The notes under the pieces were generated by a model that saw only the letters and a list, made by a program, of their open reading frames with translations, did no database searches and was not told where the DNA came from. From positions 1 to 47,445 of IMG/VR virus record IMGVR_UViG_3300033074_001474: 47,445 bases of DNA; one strand, given 5' to 3'. Of the stretch, positions 44,234-47,445 are shown piece by piece. Origin of the DNA: a virus. How positions within the stretch are numbered: the first letter of the stretch is position 1; each line of letters begins with the position of its first letter. Position numbers and translations under genes: made by a program.

Positions 44234-44464
44234 TTAGTTTAAACGATATATTATTACTTTTTTATGATTGGTAGGTGTCCAATTTGAAATTGTTGCCTCA
44301 TATTCCATACTGCCTCCCTTTGACATGTATTCATAAGCTTCATCTTCTTCAATACGCGGGTCTGCGAAACTATAGTAGCCTTGTAATTCATCACCTTCCA
44401 GTATGCGAATTTCTGCATCATCTGGCAAAGCTTCAATCATTTTTATTAAGGCTTGTTTTTTCAT
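44234..44464 (-). CDS. hypothetical protein, 76 aa
   Basis: ORF track. 4-nt overlap with the upstream ORF. Confidence 0.55.
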   Translation of the reverse strand: MKKQALIKMIEALPDDAEIRILEGDELQGYYSFADPRIEEDEAYEYMSKGGSMEYEATISNWTPTNHKKVIIYRLN

Positions 44465-44739
44465 TCCTCAATCCTCCTTGGCTTTCTGGTCCTCCGACGC
44501 GCTAGTCGGTCTGCTTCTATGGCTTCGCGGGCGATATCCTCTTGGTGATCTGCTGTAAAACCTCTGCAAATTTCATTCAAAGCTTCCAAAAGCTTCTTGT
44601 GCCGGGCTTCGAGGGCTTGGTATGCTGAGTATTCAATGACATGGATTTCTTCATCAGTATCTGCGGAATACAATGGTTTATTTGAGACCCATGTTGAATA
44701 CGGAGGCTCTCTGATTATCCAAAACTCTCTCGCCTTCAT
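44461..44739 (-). CDS. hypothetical protein, 92 aa
   Basis: ORF track. The ATG lies in an ATGA overlap with the upstream frame. Confidence 0.6.
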   Translation of the reverse strand: MKAREFWIIREPPYSTWVSNKPLYSADTDEEIHVIEYSAYQALEARHKKLLEALNEICRGFTADHQEDIAREAIEADRLARRRTRKPRRIEE

Positions 44740-44852
44740 TTCTCACCTGATATTTTGTTGAGTGTTTGTTTCGCATAGTCGGCAACTCCATGCCAACCAT
44801 CTTCATAAGATTTATATTTTTCACAACCTGGATGCAATTCTTCGCATGTAGA

Positions 44853-45032
44853 TTAATCAGCAACTTTCTCCCATCTTTCAATACACTCAAGCAACTGCTC
44901 AGCGATTCGGGCGTTTTCCTCGGTAGATTCAATAGCACCATAAGATAAAGTTGATCTATAAAATTCAATGTCTACTTTTTGAATTCTTATATACTCTCTC
45001 AGCTCGGCTTTGCGTTTTTCGATGGGAGTCAT
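44853..45032 (-). CDS. 59-aa ORF (MTPIEKRKAELREYIRIQK...WEKVAD) ending at an in-frame TAA
   Basis: ATGA overlap with the stop of 45029..45244. The same frame stays open for 36 more codons after the TAA and ends in an ATGA overlap with the next gene. Confidence 0.45.
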   Translation of the reverse strand: MTPIEKRKAELREYIRIQKVDIEFYRSTLSYGAIESTEENARIAEQLLECIERWEKVAD

Positions 45033-45244
45033 TTTAGTTCCTTTCTTCGCATTGCTTCAGTGTATCTATCAACAAGTACGGAGCAATTCTCTACTGATTC
45101 TATTTTATACCCGTCTTTTAGATGAATTATTGTCTGCGTGTGATTTCCGTTATACGCCTGAAAGTACGACACATTTTCATTTGGAATAAAAATATTTTGG
45201 TTTCTTCCATTTGTCGGTTCCGTCCAAAATCCAACTTCACTCAT
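45029..45244 (-). CDS. hypothetical protein, 71 aa
   Basis: ORF track. Confidence 0.6.
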   Translation of the reverse strand: MSEVGFWTEPTNGRNQNIFIPNENVSYFQAYNGNHTQTIIHLKDGYKIESVENCSVLVDRYTEAMRRKELK

Positions 45245-45245
45245 C

Positions 45246-45797
45246 TTACTCCTCCATCATTCGCTTGTGATCAGCGAGGGCTTGTTCAGCATAATAATTT
45301 AAAATTTCTGTCTCAATTTCTGGATTATCAGGGTATTTGTTATATACTTCTTTAATTGGAATACTTTCATACATTTTTAAAGCCTCAACAAGCTTCGCCT
45401 CGCGCTCTTTAGCGATAACATCTCTTGCGTCCCAGCCTTTTTTAAAGCCAAGAGTTTCTATACCGCCTGAATGATACGGATCATAAGGACATATTTTTTC
45501 AGCAAGCTCATCCCGAATTCTCTCTAAACTCGATTTCTTTGGTATGTGCTTATCATGATAATCATTACAAGCTGGACATTGCCCAAGAGGCTTTATGTCT
45601 CTCGTTACGTGGTTGTGTTTTTCGTTCATTCCTCCAAACCTTGGGTCATAAAGTGACCCTATTCCAGAGAATCCTGATGTAGCAGCATCATAACCAGCCA
45701 TAAAGCCTGTTATGTGGGCGCTTTCGACAGTATAGTCAAAATGGCCTTTTATTGATTTAGAATATTCTTCTATAGCCTCTTTTCTCTTATTCTCCAT
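45246..45797 (-). CDS. hypothetical protein, 183 aa
   Basis: ORF track. CPACNDYHDKH is a possible metal site. Confidence 0.6.
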   Translation of the reverse strand: MENKRKEAIEEYSKSIKGHFDYTVESAHITGFMAGYDAATSGFSGIGSLYDPRFGGMNEKHNHVTRDIKPLGQCPACNDYHDKHIPKKSSLERIRDELAEKICPYDPYHSGGIETLGFKKGWDARDVIAKEREAKLVEALKMYESIPIKEVYNKYPDNPEIETEILNYYAEQALADHKRMMEE

Positions 45798-46314
45798 ACT
45801 GAACCTCCAAAAAACCTGGATTATAGCTCTCTGATATGAAAAAATCCTCTTTATTCAACTTTTTCCTAAGAGAAAGTATAGCGAACCTAACATTTGCCTT
45901 ATTAGTATCATAATTAATTCTTTTAGGTTTTCTATCTATCTTACAGCCAAGTCCATACCAAGACGAAACTGCTTTTTTTTGTTTCTTTGGAAGCTTATTA
46001 ACAGCGGCATTAATTCTAATAACACTGTCCTGCTCCATTAAAATATCCTCAACATTAGCAGATTTGTCCCGTAATCTTATTGCAACAGTCTCCTCTGGAA
46101 AATATCTCTTATTAACCTGCCTTATATTTAGAGCCTGGTTATAAATGCATTGTGATATAAATGCTTTAATATTCTTCACAGTATCCTCTTTAGAGAGGAT
46201 TCTAATAGCTAGAGACTGAATTACATCCTCGGCTAACTCCCTCTTTTTAACTACTTTATAGGCTATTTGTAAGTAGTAATTGTAATTTTTATAAAGCTCA
46301 TCAATTAATATCAT
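45787..46314 (-). CDS. sigma-70-family (ECF-sized) sigma factor-like protein
   Basis: Region-2-like ELAEDVIQSLAIRIL. Region-4-like LPKKQKKAVSSWYGLG. 175 aa. Confidence 0.5.
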   Translation of the reverse strand: MILIDELYKNYNYYLQIAYKVVKKRELAEDVIQSLAIRILSKEDTVKNIKAFISQCIYNQALNIRQVNKRYFPEETVAIRLRDKSANVEDILMEQDSVIRINAAVNKLPKKQKKAVSSWYGLGCKIDRKPKRINYDTNKANVRFAILSLRKKLNKEDFFISESYNPGFLEVQYGE

Positions 46315-46513
46315 CTATTGCCTCTGTTGATTTTCTGTTTAAATTATATTCAATATTGATCTTATTTATTTCACAAAAAGCCTTAACTATATAAAAGACG
46401 TTAGCCGAGCGTGGGTCAACATCTGTTGGGCGAGTTTCATCAACCCACATCCTCGTGGCTGCCTCACGAATCTCTTCTAATGAATTTTTATCAAATTTTA
46501 TATTGAAGCTCAT
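46301..46513 (-). CDS. hypothetical protein, 70 aa
   Basis: ORF track. Its first 52 nt are duplicated at 47319..47370. Confidence 0.6.
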   Translation of the reverse strand: MSFNIKFDKNSLEEIREAATRMWVDETRPTDVDPRSANVFYIVKAFCEINKINIEYNLNRKSTEAIDDIN

Positions 46514-46516
46514 AAA

Positions 46517-46756
46517 TCACCAGCCGTAGCCGTTGCCGTAGCCGTCGCCGTCGCCGTTGCCGTTGCCGTAGCCGTCGCCGTAGCCGTTGCCGTAGCCGTC
46601 GCCGTAGCCGTTGCCGTTGCCGTAGCCGTCGCCGTTGCCGTAGCCGTTGCCGTAGCCGTAGCCGTCGCCGTCGCCGTTGCCGTTGCCGTAGCCGTCGCCG
46701 TAGCCGTAGCCGTAGGATGTTTTTTGATCTTCAAAATTTATTGTTCTTTTAGACAT
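46517..46756 (-). CDS. (Tyr/Asn/Asp)-Gly dipeptide-repeat small protein, copy 1 (79 aa)
   Basis: MSKRTINFEDQKTS plus 32 x (Y/N/D)-G plus W. The ATG overlaps the upstream stop (ATGTCTAA). The stop TGA is followed 3 nt later by the next ATG. Confidence 0.6.
   Translation of the reverse strand: MSKRTINFEDQKTSYGYGYGDGYGNGNGDGDGYGYGNGYGNGDGYGNGNGYGDGYGNGYGDGYGNGNGDGDGYGNGYGW
46523..46714. repeat. GCCGTN hexanucleotide array, copy 1 (32 units)
   Basis: 32 in-phase gccgt[a/t/c] units. G never occupies the variable position. Confidence 0.95.
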
Positions 46757-47087
46757 ATTTTTTCCAAAGAGTTTGATTACAGCTTATTGCTGTAACAACT
46801 GTTAGATAATCGAATTCTACTAATCCATTAGTGGGATCTAATTTTGTTGAAGAAGTTGGACCATTTCCCGCTATTTCTCCTAATCCTCTTGTTGTTCCCC
46901 AATTACGAATTACACTCGCTCCATGGAGTTTACATTCACTTCCATTTCTCTCTAAACGCCCCACCATTACCCAGCCACGCTGCAATACTATTATTTTTAT
47001 ATCCCCTTCGTACTGCTGTTTTTGTTCTGAACCTTTTTGTACGTAAGTGACTCCATTTATTTGAATCTCTGTTACTTCTTGTTTCAT
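46749..47087 (-). CDS. hypothetical protein, 112 aa (copy 1; identical to 131..469)
   Basis: ORF track; identical protein. Confidence 0.7.
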   Translation of the reverse strand: MKQEVTEIQINGVTYVQKGSEQKQQYEGDIKIIVLQRGWVMVGRLERNGSECKLHGASVIRNWGTTRGLGEIAGNGPTSSTKLDPTNGLVEFDYLTVVTAISCNQTLWKKYV

Positions 47088-47120
47088 TTTACTTCTCCTT
47101 TGTTTAAATTGATAATTTCT

Positions 47121-47309
47121 TTATTTCCCATGATTCCACATCCAAGGGGTGCTCTTTTTAACGCTTAACTCCTGAACTAATTTCTCTTGTGATGTAACCT
47201 TTAAATCCTTTAGTATACTAGGCACCAAGATAGCTGCTACTAGCACACTTAAAGCCAAACTATTACCTTTCATCTGAACGCTCCCACTCTTTTTCTGCAT
47301 GACTTGCAT
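47121..47309 (-). CDS. small membrane/secreted protein (copy 1; identical to 503..691)
   Basis: Same ATG and RBS as 691. Lies within the duplicated segment. Confidence 0.5.
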   Translation of the reverse strand: MQVMQKKSGSVQMKGNSLALSVLVAAILVPSILKDLKVTSQEKLVQELSVKKSTPWMWNHGK

Positions 47310-47370
47310 TGTAATCTCCCTCACGAATCTCTTCTAATGAATTTTTATCAAATTTTATATTGAAGCTCAT
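47263..47370 (-). CDS. 35-aa chimeric junction ORF (MSFNIKFDKNSLEEIRE|GDYNASHAEKEWERSDER)
   Basis: The first 17 codons of the 70-aa gene are fused in frame, at a TGAGG/CCTCA microhomology, to the last 18 codons of the 92-aa gene. Confidence 0.4.
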   Translation of the reverse strand: MSFNIKFDKNSLEEIREGDYNASHAEKEWERSDER

Positions 47371-47445
47371 AAATCACCAGCCGTAGCCGTAGCCGTCGCC
47401 GTAGCCGTTGCCGTTGCCGTAGCCGTCGCCGTCGCCGTTGCCGTT
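47319..47445. repeat. tandem duplication, unit 2 (start; continues at 1..705 if circular)
   Basis: See unit 1. Confidence 0.8.
47374..47445 (-). CDS. (Tyr/Asn/Asp)-Gly repeat protein, copy 2, 3' end (partial at window edge)
   Basis: Same ...GYGW-TGA ending as copy 1, at offset 857. Confidence 0.5.
   Translation of the reverse strand, partial: NGNGDGDGYGNGNGYGDGYGYGW

Larger units (their letters stand above)
46462..47318. repeat. tandem duplication, unit 1 (857 nt)
   Basis: 46462..46522 = 47319..47379 (offset 857), and 46715..47323 = 97..705 (offset 46618). The units differ only in hexamer-array length. Confidence 0.85.

Noticed and set aside
44678-44968. 96-aa track ORF spanning the 44740..45032 gap.
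   Set aside because: Its N-terminal half overlaps, out of frame, a 59-codon ORF that is start/stop-coupled to its neighbours. Its C-terminal end overlaps the next gene by 62 nt.
46523-46714. Possible CRISPR array or other spacer-repeat structure, because of the highly regular repeats.
   Set aside because: The unit is only 6 nt with no spacers. It is a coding microsatellite-like array, not CRISPR.
46510-46734. Alternative ORF through the hexamer array encoding (Thr-Ala)n (MKIKKHPTATATA...).
   Set aside because: It is the same strand in another frame. Its ATG has no coupling to the neighbouring genes and it overlaps the start of the 70-aa gene. The Gly-X frame has exact start/stop coupling on both sides. 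The (Thr-Ala)n frame cannot be fully excluded without expression data.

Overview
This window is slightly more than one unit length of an AT-rich dsDNA phage genome. The last 60 nt (47386..47445) are identical to the first 60 nt, implying a unit of about 47,385 bp. No tape-measure, sheath or tube genes are recognisable, so it looks podovirus-like.

There are two transcription arms:
- A leftward arm (1..19.6 kb, continuing at 43.4..47.4 kb) carries early, replication and lysis genes. These include a family-A DNA polymerase, a VirE-type primase/helicase, a Cas4-like PD-(D/E)XK nuclease, a RuvC-like resolvase and a short tyrosine recombinase. It also carries an SLT transglycosylase, an M15 peptidase, a secreted trypsin-like protease, a GroES-like co-chaperonin and a sigma-70-like factor.
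- A rightward arm (20.3..43.5 kb) carries an HNH-like gene, a small-terminase candidate, an interrupted IbrB-like ParB gene, a MazG-like gene, the large terminase, portal, scaffold and capsid, repeat-containing tail fibres and internal virion proteins.

No tRNA, rRNA or CRISPR array was seen.

The most notable observations:
1. A strictly strand-polar 13-mer (GCAGCTTCGNCTT) occurs nine times exactly. Its orientation flips at the divergent control region, and it is read in several reading frames.
2. A tandemly duplicated cassette of about 0.8 kb with a microhomology junction contains a (Tyr/Asn/Asp)-Gly dipeptide-repeat gene. That gene is built from GCCGTN hexamers and differs by 90 nt between the two copies.
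3. An IbrB-like gene is broken by a roughly 470-bp insertion carrying a methyltransferase C-terminal remnant and a small ORF.
4. There are two GC-rich ORF-free islands. One has GNRA-capped hairpins on the transcribed strand.

All functional calls rest on motif recognition by eye and need database confirmation.
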